Part shown: positions 11,588 through 18,712 of the stretch, piece by piece | Position numbering within the stretch: position 1 is the first letter of the stretch | How the letters are laid out: every line of letters begins with the position of its first letter | Source of the DNA: a virus | Reading direction: 5' to 3' (one strand) | Length of the DNA stretch: 19,627 nt | Virus record (IMG/VR): IMGVR_UViG_3300045988_014604 | Coordinates: 1 to 19,627 of that record | Made by a program: the position numbers and the translations under genes | The notes under the pieces: model-generated | What the model saw: only the letters and a program-made list of their open reading frames with translations | What the model was told of the DNA's origin: nothing | The model's database searches: none

Positions 11588-13303
11588 CTATGCGGTGACG
11601 GTGACTTGTGCCGTTCCGGCGGCCTCCGCGAACTTCGCAGTGACGTTGGCGGTGCCAGCTGTAGTTCCGGTCAACACTCCGTTAGGGGTGATGGCTGCGT
11701 TCTTGTCCACAGTCCACAGTGCGAGGTTGGTCACGTCCGCGGTGTTGCCGTCCGTCTTGGTGGCAATCGCCTTAAGCGCTACATGCCCATTGACCTTGAC
11801 CGACTTTTCACCCTGGATCTCAATAGACTCGATGGCTCCGGCTTTCCAACCGCCCATCCATGCGCCAACCACCGGCACGGACAGTGCGGCGGAAACCGTC
11901 TGGTCGATTTCAGGACGCGCGGGGTCGATATATGTTGCCTGAGCCGTGACTTCCAGCACTTCGGCGGTTTCGTCAAGACCACAACGCAAAATCCCGTCAT
12001 TGTCAATCGAGGTGAACTGTGAAGTGGCGCCCTCAAGCGTGTACTTGATGCCAACCGGCTGGAACGACGCCTCAGCCTTGTTTGCGCTGGAAATGACGGA
12101 CTCAACCTGCACCAAGTCACCACGCGACACGTTTTGGGGGGTGATGGCGGACTGTCCATACTTGCGCACGCGCAAGGTAAACTCGGGCTTCGAGGTGGTG
12201 AGCGTGTCCGGCAGAGTCACGGACTCGTTGGAACCTTCGCCCGTCCAGAACAAAATTGCGTTGGCAAAAGGATTAGGAGTAATGGAACCACGATGCTTAT
12301 AGAAAATGTTGCGCGTCCCATCAATCGGATTAACTGGGCTGTTCGTCGTCTCCAGCATTTCGTCCCAGCAGAAGAAGAAGTCTTCCGTGGTCAGAACTGC
12401 TTGCACCTTTCCAGCCGCACCGCCGATACCGAACATATCCTCAGGAATCGGAATGATACGATACGGCACGTTGACCTTATCGATATTGAACGCTGCGGCG
12501 AGGGCTTCGACGTTAAGCGCGGCGATAACCTGCGGAGTGGCAAAGAGAATGGCTTCCGAATCACGCCACGGAGTCACCCACGACATCGCATTATATCGCG
12601 GCATGGCGCTCATTGGCGACGCCTTCAATTCGTTCGCCACCTGCTGGATAAGACGCAGTAGTCCCTTCGCGTCCGCTTCCGTCGAGTCGGCCTTACCAAC
12701 GTCGGGGGTATGCACGCGGTAGAAGCCACCCTTACGCGCGTACTCCGCGAACGTCTGCGTCTTCATGAGGTACATATCGTTTCTATCCGAGAGGATAGGG
12801 GCGTTCATAATTTCGCTGATATAATCCGACATGCCGCTTTCTCCGTCGAAAGCCGTCAGCAAGGCGTCTTCCGGAATGGTCACGGGGTAATAGTGGTCGA
12901 AAGTCAGGGGGTGGAACACCGAAGCAGTCGGAAGCGAGTAACGGCCGTAAACGTCGTCGCCAAGGTACTCTTTGTTGAAGTTGCGGGTGCGTGCCTTGAC
13001 CAAGCCGACCGCAGCCTGCTCGTAGGTGGAGCCGTAGCGCTTGAGAGTGCGCGGCGAACCAATGAGCTTAAGCGGGTCATCCCAGTCCGCATGTTGGATG
13101 TAAAGGCCGATAAGTCGCTGAATGAGCACCCCCGTGAACTCGTCGCGCAGGTAAGGAAAGTTGCGCATGGTATCCACGGCGTTGCGGATATTACCCTGCG
13201 TCGCGCTCGGGATGCGGGTCTGGAACTGCGGTGAGGTGGCATTGCGAACGGCGTTGAAGATCTCAACGTCACCTTTACCGGCCAGTGGTCGAATATTAGA
13301 CAT
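11588..13303 (-). CDS. Major capsid protein (phi29 gp8-like) with C-terminal Ig-like (BIG2) domains, 571 aa
   Basis: The N-terminus EIFNAVRNATSPQFQTRIPSAT parallels phi29 gp8 [22 protein letters not shown]. The C-terminal 200 aa contains Big_2-like repeats (TVDKNAAITPNGVLTGTTAGTANVTAKF..AQVTVTA). It follows the scaffold gene. The RBS is AGGAG. Confidence 0.9.
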   Translation of the reverse strand: MSNIRPLAGKGDVEIFNAVRNATSPQFQTRIPSATQGNIRNAVDTMRNFPYLRDEFTGVLIQRLIGLYIQHADWDDPLKLIGSPRTLKRYGSTYEQAAVGLVKARTRNFNKEYLGDDVYGRYSLPTASVFHPLTFDHYYPVTIPEDALLTAFDGESGMSDYISEIMNAPILSDRNDMYLMKTQTFAEYARKGGFYRVHTPDVGKADSTEADAKGLLRLIQQVANELKASPMSAMPRYNAMSWVTPWRDSEAILFATPQVIAALNVEALAAAFNIDKVNVPYRIIPIPEDMFGIGGAAGKVQAVLTTEDFFFCWDEMLETTNSPVNPIDGTRNIFYKHRGSITPNPFANAILFWTGEGSNESVTLPDTLTTSKPEFTLRVRKYGQSAITPQNVSRGDLVQVESVISSANKAEASFQPVGIKYTLEGATSQFTSIDNDGILRCGLDETAEVLEVTAQATYIDPARPEIDQTVSAALSVPVVGAWMGGWKAGAIESIEIQGEKSVKVNGHVALKAIATKTDGNTADVTNLALWTVDKNAAITPNGVLTGTTAGTANVTAKFAEAAGTAQVTVTA

Positions 13304-13323
13304 TATGTTATCTCCTAACTATT

Positions 13324-13608
13324 TTAGTCAAACAAGTCTTCGATGGACTCTTCTTTATCATCGCCGTCACCGTCGTTATCAGACGGTGCTGGGTCATTGT
13401 AGCCGAGCGTGTCCATCATGGCCTTCAATGCAGCCAATTCCTTTTCAATCGCGTCAAGTCGTGCGGAAACGTCCGGCTCCTGCTTCGGTTCCGGTTCCGG
13501 TTCCGGTTCTTTCGGCTTAACCTCGTCATCCACGGTTTCCGTCTGCCGTTCCTCTTCGGTCGGCGGCGGAGTAGTGGTTTCCTCTCCGTCGGTATTTGTG
13601 TCTGCCAT
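13324..13608 (-). CDS. Scaffolding protein candidate (phi29 gp7 position), 94 aa, highly acidic
   Basis: This is the first gene of the late operon, directly upstream of the capsid gene. It has an AAGGAG RBS, an EP/acidic low-complexity region and a helical segment LDAIEKELAALKAMMDTL. The assignment rests on size and synteny. Confidence 0.55.
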   Translation of the reverse strand: MADTNTDGEETTTPPPTEEERQTETVDDEVKPKEPEPEPEPKQEPDVSARLDAIEKELAALKAMMDTLGYNDPAPSDNDGDGDDKEESIEDLFD

Positions 13609-13644
13609 GCAAAACTCCTTACGATTGGCAATGTTTCCATTAAA

Positions 13645-13653
13645 ATTATATCA
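13645..13653 (-). promoter_or_regulatory. Late-operon promoter, extended -10 (TGATATAAT)
   Basis: The minus strand reads TGATATAAT, a perfect TGnTATAAT. It lies about 37 nt upstream of the scaffold ATG and directly downstream of the terminator at 13661..13694. Confidence 0.6.
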
Positions 13654-13660
13654 TGCCGCA

Positions 13661-13694
13661 AGAAAATAAAATGGCCCCGCAATCACGCGGGGCC
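13661..13694 (-). terminator. Intrinsic terminator ending the early/replication transcripts and the candidate ncRNA
   Basis: GGCCCCGC (13673..13680) pairs with GCGGGGCC (13687..13694) around a 6-nt loop. On the minus strand it is followed by ATTTTATTTTCT. Confidence 0.8.
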
Positions 13695-13831
13695 TAACTG
13701 TCCTATGCGAGCATCAAGTCGAAAATCGTAGGGCACTACCGCCACAGTAGCGACTCCATAGTCGGCGGCATTCTCAGCCGTAGCGGCCCGACTCATGTTG
13801 CTCCCAGTCGAAAATCAATGCTCAAGAAGAC
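13664..13831 (-). ncRNA. Candidate structured RNA of about 170 nt (pRNA-like); alternatively carries a 37-aa ORF
   Basis: The unit is bounded by its own extended -10 promoter and a strong terminator. The 5' segment (13833..13815) can pair with the 3' segment (13717..13698). Several CGACU/AGUCG and GCCGCC/GGCGGU helices are possible internally. An 11-nt direct repeat GATTTTCGACT occurs at 13806..13816 and 13717..13727. The ends are estimates. Confidence 0.4.
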
Positions 13832-13837
13832 AGGGAT

Positions 13838-13846
13838 ATTATAACA
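13838..13846 (-). promoter_or_regulatory. Extended -10 promoter (TGTTATAAT) overlapping the DNA polymerase stop codon
   Basis: The minus strand reads TGTTATAAT, a perfect TGnTATAAT. The polymerase TAA (13841..13839) lies inside the -10 hexamer. Confidence 0.5.
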
Positions 13847-15290
13847 CAACCATTGTGCCGTAATCATCCATGACTTGCGTTCCATGCCTAAACTCCTCAT
13901 AGGGGATAGGCTGGGAAAACATGTTTCCAGCCATGCACACATCCACTTCACCGTCATCTCGCCATCCTTGATACCTGTTCATGCCGAGAATGGTCAGCCG
14001 GTCGTATTTCGCGGCGATCTTCCACTTGCCCAATTCGGTGGGATGGATGTCACATGATTCCACCGGCTCCCAGCCACTCAAAATACAACCGTCCGTATTC
14101 GCGTACAACAGTCTGTCGGCGTTCGCACGGCAGACGTCCATAAGCTTTCGGCGGGCATAAGCGTTGACCCAAACAGGGATGGGAAGATAGTCGGTTTTCA
14201 GATTCGACTCTTCACGTTGCGCGACATCCCAGTCCAAGGTAACACCGTCTTTAGAGGTTGGCAGCATGACGGCGCCTTTTGGCAGACTCGCCATTTTACC
14301 TACGAGCGCGTTCATAATCAGTTTCGCCATCTGCCGTTCCTCGCCAGTCGCCCGCTGTTTCAAGTCTCCCCATTCGTCGATAAACGAACGGAAAAAGCCC
14401 TTGGAGCGGCGGAATTTCCACCCCCTAACATACTTGTAGACGCTCACGTCATAATTCTCACAAAGCAGTTCTTGGTCAATATCAGTGAGCACGCGCGTGA
14501 TGTATCCACGAGTTGAGGTGAGACGGTTCAAACCGTACACGCTGCGGTTGTCCAACAAAAAGGGGTATCCGTTTGGCTTGAGTTCCGCGCGAAACGTGAT
14601 TTCATCACAATGCAAAGGCATGTCATCATCCTGCCCATATTTTCCGTCGTATGGTTCCGGTTCACTCCACGGCAACCACTCGTCCCGCAATATGGACGGA
14701 TACATGGAATTACAGTCAACGTCGATGGCCTTGCCATAAGTTCCCTCTTTGTCCAACATGAATCCGCCGATATAGGCATCATGCAATGACTTTTTAGTTT
14801 CGGATTCCAATTGTGGGAATTTGTCGTAATACCATTTCCACTCGCCGGACGCGAACGCCTCCATACTCGCACCGCCCGCCGTGATCTTGCACAGGCCACG
14901 ATTATCATACTCACGCAAAATATTGAGTAGCTGGGCGTCGGTCATGGTAAGACGACAGTTTTCGCGCAAGAGATTGGAAATGTCAAAGAAGCGTGCCGAG
15001 TTTTCACGGTCGATACGCACCGTGAAGCTGAAGAACTTGCCTTTTTTCGACACTATCGCATCCCAGCTCAAGTCAGCATTATGCTCGTTGTGCGGGAGAG
15101 AGTGCACGACGTGCGCAATAAACGGGTCTAAAACGTCTGGATTAGCCACATAAATTGTGAGTTTGCCACTCGACATGATGGACGCCAACAGGCGGTTAGG
15201 GGCGATAATGTCACGTAGCACGGTGCCGTCCGTGAATCGTATGGCGTTATCCGCGCACCATAATCCAACTCTTTTATCTTGCGCAGTCAT
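13839..15290 (-). CDS. Family-B protein-primed DNA polymerase (phi29 gp2-like), 483 aa
   Basis: It is collinear with phi29 DNAP: KITAGGASMEAF / RMTAGSDSLKGF; AYIGGF (YxGG); DVDCNSMYP (motif A, DxxSLYP); AKLIMNALVGK (motif B); ADRLLYANTDGCILSG (motif C region, phi29 YDRIIYCDTDSIHLTG); LGMNRY (KxY region). Confidence 0.92.
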   Translation of the reverse strand: MTAQDKRVGLWCADNAIRFTDGTVLRDIIAPNRLLASIMSSGKLTIYVANPDVLDPFIAHVVHSLPHNEHNADLSWDAIVSKKGKFFSFTVRIDRENSARFFDISNLLRENCRLTMTDAQLLNILREYDNRGLCKITAGGASMEAFASGEWKWYYDKFPQLESETKKSLHDAYIGGFMLDKEGTYGKAIDVDCNSMYPSILRDEWLPWSEPEPYDGKYGQDDDMPLHCDEITFRAELKPNGYPFLLDNRSVYGLNRLTSTRGYITRVLTDIDQELLCENYDVSVYKYVRGWKFRRSKGFFRSFIDEWGDLKQRATGEERQMAKLIMNALVGKMASLPKGAVMLPTSKDGVTLDWDVAQREESNLKTDYLPIPVWVNAYARRKLMDVCRANADRLLYANTDGCILSGWEPVESCDIHPTELGKWKIAAKYDRLTILGMNRYQGWRDDGEVDVCMAGNMFSQPIPYEEFRHGTQVMDDYGTMVVL

Positions 15291-15317
15291 GGTACAACTT
15301 TCCTCGGTTGCTATCCG

Positions 15318-16280
15318 CTACTTTTCCAACGCGCCCGCTTCCGCCATCCACCTGTCAAACTGCTTGCGGGAACGCTGATAACCCTTGCTGTTATCACGGA
15401 ATATCGACGTAAAACCGTGACGAACGGGGTCATATATCGTCCAGTCGAACACGATACGGGGGGCGTCCGTCATTTCGATGAACGCACGCTTTTGCGCGGC
15501 GGATAGGCTACGGAATCGTTTCAATCGTTTCGAGCCGAGCGTGGTAGCCAAAATTTTCTCGAACACCTCATAACGGCCACGACTCATGTATGATGGCCAT
15601 TCATGCTCGCTGTACAAGTCTTTATTCTGCTTGCCCGTTTTCCGCTTTTTGGACGGCTTGCGTTTCTGCTCGGTGCGCAACCCCAATATTTCGGCGGCGT
15701 CGTGCATCTGCTCACGCAATTCATTACGGTGCCCGCTCTCCAATTGTGAGCGCACGAACGCTTCGTCACTCAGCACGTTCGTCATTTGTAGAAAATCGGT
15801 GAGTTTCGAGGGGATAATCTGGTTACGTCCGAAACCTTCGCCGGTGGTGCCGGTGATCTCAGCCACACGCTGATCGTACACGCTACGCTGTGGCATTGCC
15901 TGCGTCTTGTTCCATTCGTTGATTTTCCGTCGTGCCGCATTGATTTTCCGTTGCTGCTGCCTGAGCAGTTTACGTCGTTTCGCCACCGGTTCCGCCTGAA
16001 TTTGCGCGTCCGAGATTGGCGTGCGGTTGGCGAACATGATGTCTTTTTTCGTCGGTTTCTCGACGGCGGTGGCATGGTATGGGGTTGCTTTCGCTTCCGC
16101 GATGGCCTGTTTCTTCTGCCGCTCCCATTCCTTACCCAGCGTTTTTGCAATGTTGACTAACTGTTGGTCTGCGGTTTTGGCGAGGTTTGAATGGGAGTAG
16201 GAACCGAGCTGTTTAATGTTACGTGCGGCGCGGGCTTGCGCGGCCTGACGTGCCTTGACATGCTTTTGCTTCCGAGACAT
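15318..16280 (-). CDS. Putative terminal protein (phi29 gp3 position), 320 aa, very basic
   Basis: It lies immediately upstream of the protein-primed DNAP, as in phi29. The N-terminus is Lys/Arg-rich, and the genome has ITRs. I cannot see specific sequence similarity by eye, so this is a synteny call. Confidence 0.55.
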   Translation of the reverse strand: MSRKQKHVKARQAAQARAARNIKQLGSYSHSNLAKTADQQLVNIAKTLGKEWERQKKQAIAEAKATPYHATAVEKPTKKDIMFANRTPISDAQIQAEPVAKRRKLLRQQQRKINAARRKINEWNKTQAMPQRSVYDQRVAEITGTTGEGFGRNQIIPSKLTDFLQMTNVLSDEAFVRSQLESGHRNELREQMHDAAEILGLRTEQKRKPSKKRKTGKQNKDLYSEHEWPSYMSRGRYEVFEKILATTLGSKRLKRFRSLSAAQKRAFIEMTDAPRIVFDWTIYDPVRHGFTSIFRDNSKGYQRSRKQFDRWMAEAGALEK

Positions 16281-16302
16281 ATGGCACAGTCCTTAAGATG
16301 GC

Positions 16303-16329
16303 GAGAGCACCCAAGGGCTGGGTGCTCTC
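16303..16329. promoter_or_regulatory. Perfect 11-bp inverted repeat (candidate operator or RNA hairpin) in the terminal protein leader
   Basis: GAGAGCACCCA (16303..16313) and TGGGTGCTCTC (16319..16329) are separated by 5 nt. There is no U-run on either strand. The element lies about 25-50 nt downstream of the promoter at 16352..16360. Confidence 0.5.
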
Positions 16330-16351
16330 AATGAACGAACGCTACCTAACG

Positions 16352-16360
16352 ATTATAGCA
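16352..16360 (-). promoter_or_regulatory. Extended -10 promoter (TGCTATAAT) upstream of the terminal protein/DNAP genes
   Basis: The minus strand reads TGCTATAAT in the 86-nt gap between the SSB-like gene and the terminal protein gene. Confidence 0.45.
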
Positions 16361-16366
16361 AGCTGC

Positions 16367-16804
16367 TCACTTGGCTTCCTCATCCACCGGCTCAATGCTG
16401 AAAAACTTGAAACCACGACGGGAACGACGTTCCACCACCTTGATGCACAGCGGCTCCGTCCAAGTATTCGGCGTGCCGAAGATACCGAACATGGTATTGA
16501 GTCCCGCGGCGAGAGTCGGTGAGGTTGCCGCGTACGCCTTGTTATCGTCGGTCACGATAATGACGCGCACGGTATTGGAGATCTCTCCCGTCTGGTCGTC
16601 CGTCACTTGCACGGCCTGAGCGACTGCGTTCGTCATATTCAGCGGCTCGTTGAGATGTTCATCTAGCTTTTCGGCGTTCTGCAATGCGCTATACAGCTTG
16701 ATCTTGCCTTCGCGCGTCGAAGTGTCGATGAAGTGCTGGACGGTGCCGAGTTCGGTGTTTTCGGTGTTGAATGCAACGAGTGCGGTGTTGTTGTTGTTTT
16801 CCAT
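16367..16804 (-). CDS. ssDNA-binding protein candidate (phi29 p5-like), 145 aa
   Basis: It resembles my recollection of phi29 p5: MEN..; EGKIKLYSA / EGQIKIFNA; NAVAQAVQVTDD..TVRVIIVTDDNKAYAATS / NAIAQYKQVSD..TVTTIFAADGSLYSAIS; CIKVVERRSRRGFKFFSIE / FKVKVVQGTSSKGNVFFSLQ. The comparison was not verified computationally. Confidence 0.5.
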   Translation of the reverse strand: MENNNNTALVAFNTENTELGTVQHFIDTSTREGKIKLYSALQNAEKLDEHLNEPLNMTNAVAQAVQVTDDQTGEISNTVRVIIVTDDNKAYAATSPTLAAGLNTMFGIFGTPNTWTEPLCIKVVERRSRRGFKFFSIEPVDEEAK

Positions 16805-16860
16805 TGTTTAACCTTTCCTAGATTGTTTTTGTTTTATTTTCAGGCTTATGCCTAAAATCT

Positions 16861-16869
16861 TTTATATCA
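16861..16869 (-). promoter_or_regulatory. Possible extended -10 promoter (TGATATAAA) upstream of the SSB-like gene
   Basis: The minus strand reads GGGCGTGTGATATAAA. The TGnTATAAA overlaps the stop of the upstream gene and abuts a GGGCGTGT match to the ITR motif. Confidence 0.3.
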
Positions 16870-17181
16870 CACGCCCTCGTTATTTTCAACTTCGGCGTGT
16901 CGTTTTGTATGTTCTTCCGGCTTCCATTCTTGAGGTTCCTCAAAAGTGGCATACTTGTAAAAAGTTTCTTCATTCATTGAGACTTTTTGCGAAAAAATGT
17001 TGATGGAACGCGGGATGAAGTTCGGAAACAGTCTCTTCGCACGAATCGAATACGCGCGTGCATCCTTCAAGCGTCCATCGATAACGTGTTCGGCTTCCAT
17101 GAAATCGCCATCCACCAATTCCATGCCCTTGAGCACGGCATAAACGCGCGTGCGGAAAATATCGGTTTTAGTTCTAGCCAT
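16867..17181 (-). CDS. dsDNA-binding protein candidate (phi29 p6-like), 104 aa with an acidic C-terminus
   Basis: It has the same length as phi29 p6 (104 aa) and the same position upstream of the SSB. The loose match is MARTKTDIFRTRVYAVLKGMELVDGDF / MAKMMQREITKTTVNVAKMVMVDGEV, with acidic tails in both. The start is set to the ATG at 17181, preceded by AAGGAG. Confidence 0.4.
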   Translation of the reverse strand: MARTKTDIFRTRVYAVLKGMELVDGDFMEAEHVIDGRLKDARAYSIRAKRLFPNFIPRSINIFSQKVSMNEETFYKYATFEEPQEWKPEEHTKRHAEVENNEGV

Positions 17182-17185
17182 ATGT

Positions 17186-17701
17186 TCACTCTCCTTGTAA
17201 GATTTTTTGCAACTCACTGTCATTATATCGTTTTGTGTCCAGTCTGTCAAAATTTTTAAATACGGCGATAATCAGGTTTTGCGCTTGTGGAGTATCGAAA
17301 ATCGTACAGCAATCGTACGACGTGCCGCCCTTGACGGCGCAGACGGCGCACCATGCAATCAGGTTAGGCGGATTGACGGAGCCGTCCAAATATTCCACGT
17401 CGAACGTGCGGGATAGGGCGGCGGCGAGTCCGTCCCACATGGTCAGACTGCCGCATATATAAGATACGGCAATCACCGCTTGCGTAAACCACTCACTAGG
17501 CGCTTCACGCCACAGCTCGCACAGCATATTGACGGCACGACAGCACGTCTCATAGTCGCCATATCCAACGTCATACCGTTTTAGATTGAGTTCGCGAGTA
17601 TGTCCACGCGTGGCTTTGATAATGCGAGGTGACTCCATAATAGCATCATCAAACTGGCGCATGCGATAGACAGGCGTTCTATCATTGCCACGGTTAAACA
17701 T
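17186..17701 (-). CDS. Early protein of unknown function, 171 aa (Cys/Trp-rich)
   Basis: The ORF is long and in operon context. The start is set to the ATG at 17701 (GAGGAA 7 nt upstream), which overlaps the end of the upstream 58-aa ORF. The track start at 17743 has no RBS. Confidence 0.6.
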   Translation of the reverse strand: MFNRGNDRTPVYRMRQFDDAIMESPRIIKATRGHTRELNLKRYDVGYGDYETCCRAVNMLCELWREAPSEWFTQAVIAVSYICGSLTMWDGLAAALSRTFDVEYLDGSVNPPNLIAWCAVCAVKGGTSYDCCTIFDTPQAQNLIIAVFKNFDRLDTKRYNDSELQKILQGE

Positions 17702-17870
17702 AACACCGTTCCTCAACCTTAAAATAGCTGATATTTTCCACATGAGAGCGGATAGCCGCCCAGCGTTTAATTAAGTCTGCCGCATCCTTATATGAGGGCG
17801 CGTAACCGACTTCGATAGGAGGTTTGTGCGCATCCCTCAAGTATGCGAGAGCGACAAAAGTGCTATACAT
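17694..17870 (-). CDS. Early small protein, 58 aa; absent from the ORF track
   Basis: Hand translation gives MYSTFVALAYLRDAHKPPIEVGYAPSYKDAADLIKRWAAIRSHVENISYFKVEERCYV. The ATG lies 3 nt after the upstream stop, with TTGGAG 9 nt upstream. The 3' end overlaps the next start by 8 nt. Confidence 0.5.
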   Translation of the reverse strand: MYSTFVALAYLRDAHKPPIEVGYAPSYKDAADLIKRWAAIRSHVENISYFKVEERCYV

Positions 17871-17873
17871 GTC

Positions 17874-18077
17874 TCAAAACTCCAATTCATCAACAGAATC
17901 ACTATCACCATACAGCCACATGTTCAGCCACACGTCAGGACGGGGGCACCGTTTCGGCGGATTGGTGGCGCTCCGCTTATGCTGACGGCCAGCCCAAAAC
18001 GCACGCAAACGCCAATAACTATCAGCGTCCGGACACGTACCGCACACCCATGAGTGTACCCAACCGCGAAAATACAT
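17874..18077 (-). CDS. Early small protein, 67 aa (Trp-rich), unknown function
   Basis: It starts at an ATG with GAGAGGGA upstream and is tightly packed in the early operon. Confidence 0.5.
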   Translation of the reverse strand: MYFRGWVHSWVCGTCPDADSYWRLRAFWAGRQHKRSATNPPKRCPRPDVWLNMWLYGDSDSVDELEF

Positions 18078-18079
18078 GG

Positions 18080-18325
18080 CTAATCCCTCTCCAATAAAGG
18101 CGTGCGGGCGATATCGATTGCGTCCAGCACGAGGGCCGCAACCTGAGTATTATCGGCCGCACTATACGACGCCACTGCGATGGCCGAACAAAGTCCGTTC
18201 GGCGAGTAAAACGCCACCCTATACCTCAGTTCATATGACGAAGAATGCGGACAATACCACAATCCAACCTCACCACCATGATACCGAGAAGAGAACGTGG
18301 CAACCTTCGTATCGCAATAAGCCAT
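18080..18325 (-). CDS. Early small protein, 81 aa, unknown function
   Basis: The ATG at 18325 lies 1 nt after the upstream TGA, with AAAGGGG upstream. Confidence 0.5.
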   Translation of the reverse strand: MAYCDTKVATFSSRYHGGEVGLWYCPHSSSYELRYRVAFYSPNGLCSAIAVASYSAADNTQVAALVLDAIDIARTPLLERD

Positions 18326-18326
18326 T

Positions 18327-18485
18327 TCAAAGCCCCTTTACAACAAAAACCAATACAACAATCACGCAAAACGCGAGCATAGCCAAAAAACAAAAGACGT
18401 CACGCATATCACGCGGCGCCTCGCAAAACACCGTAGCGGCCATCGTGAGAAACAGCACGGAAAGAATGCAGACGGCAACAATCAT
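18327..18485 (-). CDS. Cys-rich two-TM mini-protein, about 52 aa
   Basis: The sequence is MIVAVCILSVLFLTMAATVFCEAPRDMRDVFCFLAMLAFCVIVVLVFVVKGL. I trimmed the ORF to the first start after the upstream stop (ATG 18485, or GTG 18491). A GGTGGTGAT SD-like element lies upstream. Confidence 0.45.
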   Translation of the reverse strand: MIVAVCILSVLFLTMAATVFCEAPRDMRDVFCFLAMLAFCVIVVLVFVVKGL

Positions 18486-18511
18486 GCACACTATTATAAC
18501 ATCACCACCTA

Positions 18512-18712
18512 TCAGGCTGTAACCGGTACCGCGCTCAAGCCCACAAACAAAGCAGCACACAAACACAACACAATTACAAAAAGAACAAGAAGCGAAATCT
18601 TCCAAATATCACACGGCCAAAGCTCCTCAGCCGTGAATACCATAAGGACAATAGCGGACAAACAACCGACGAAACCTGCCAAGCAAAGAAGAAACTGTAT
18701 TACGCAAAACAT
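18512..18712 (-). CDS. Cys-rich two-TM mini-protein, 66 aa
   Basis: The sequence is MFCVIQFLLCLAGFVGCLSAIVLMVFTAEELWPCDIWKISLLVLFVIVLCLCAALFVGLSAVPVTA. AGGAG lies 5 nt upstream of the ATG at 18712. The longer track version has no RBS. Confidence 0.5.
   Translation of the reverse strand: MFCVIQFLLCLAGFVGCLSAIVLMVFTAEELWPCDIWKISLLVLFVIVLCLCAALFVGLSAVPVTA

Noticed and set aside
3368-13520. Many plus-strand track ORFs of 60-220 aa lie inside the late region, for example 5773..6201, 11277..11942, 12134..12661, 12710..13234 and 4956..5369.
   Set aside because: All lie antisense to long minus-strand genes with recognisable homology. They lack RBS context and have Arg/Ser/Pro/Ala-rich shadow-ORF composition.
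18076-18522. A 148-aa plus-strand ORF (MANPSPIKACGRYRL...) lies in the early region.
   Set aside because: It is a low-complexity T/P/K/N-rich translation of an A/C-rich strand, antisense to a chain of RBS-linked minus-strand genes, and has no RBS of its own.
18512-18605. The long versions of ORFs 18327..18605 and 18512..18760 overlap by 94 nt, which could be a genuine overlapping-gene pair.
   Set aside because: The upstream parts of both long ORFs lack RBSs. Trimming to starts with SD-like sequences removes the overlap. The G/T-rich composition keeps several frames open by chance.
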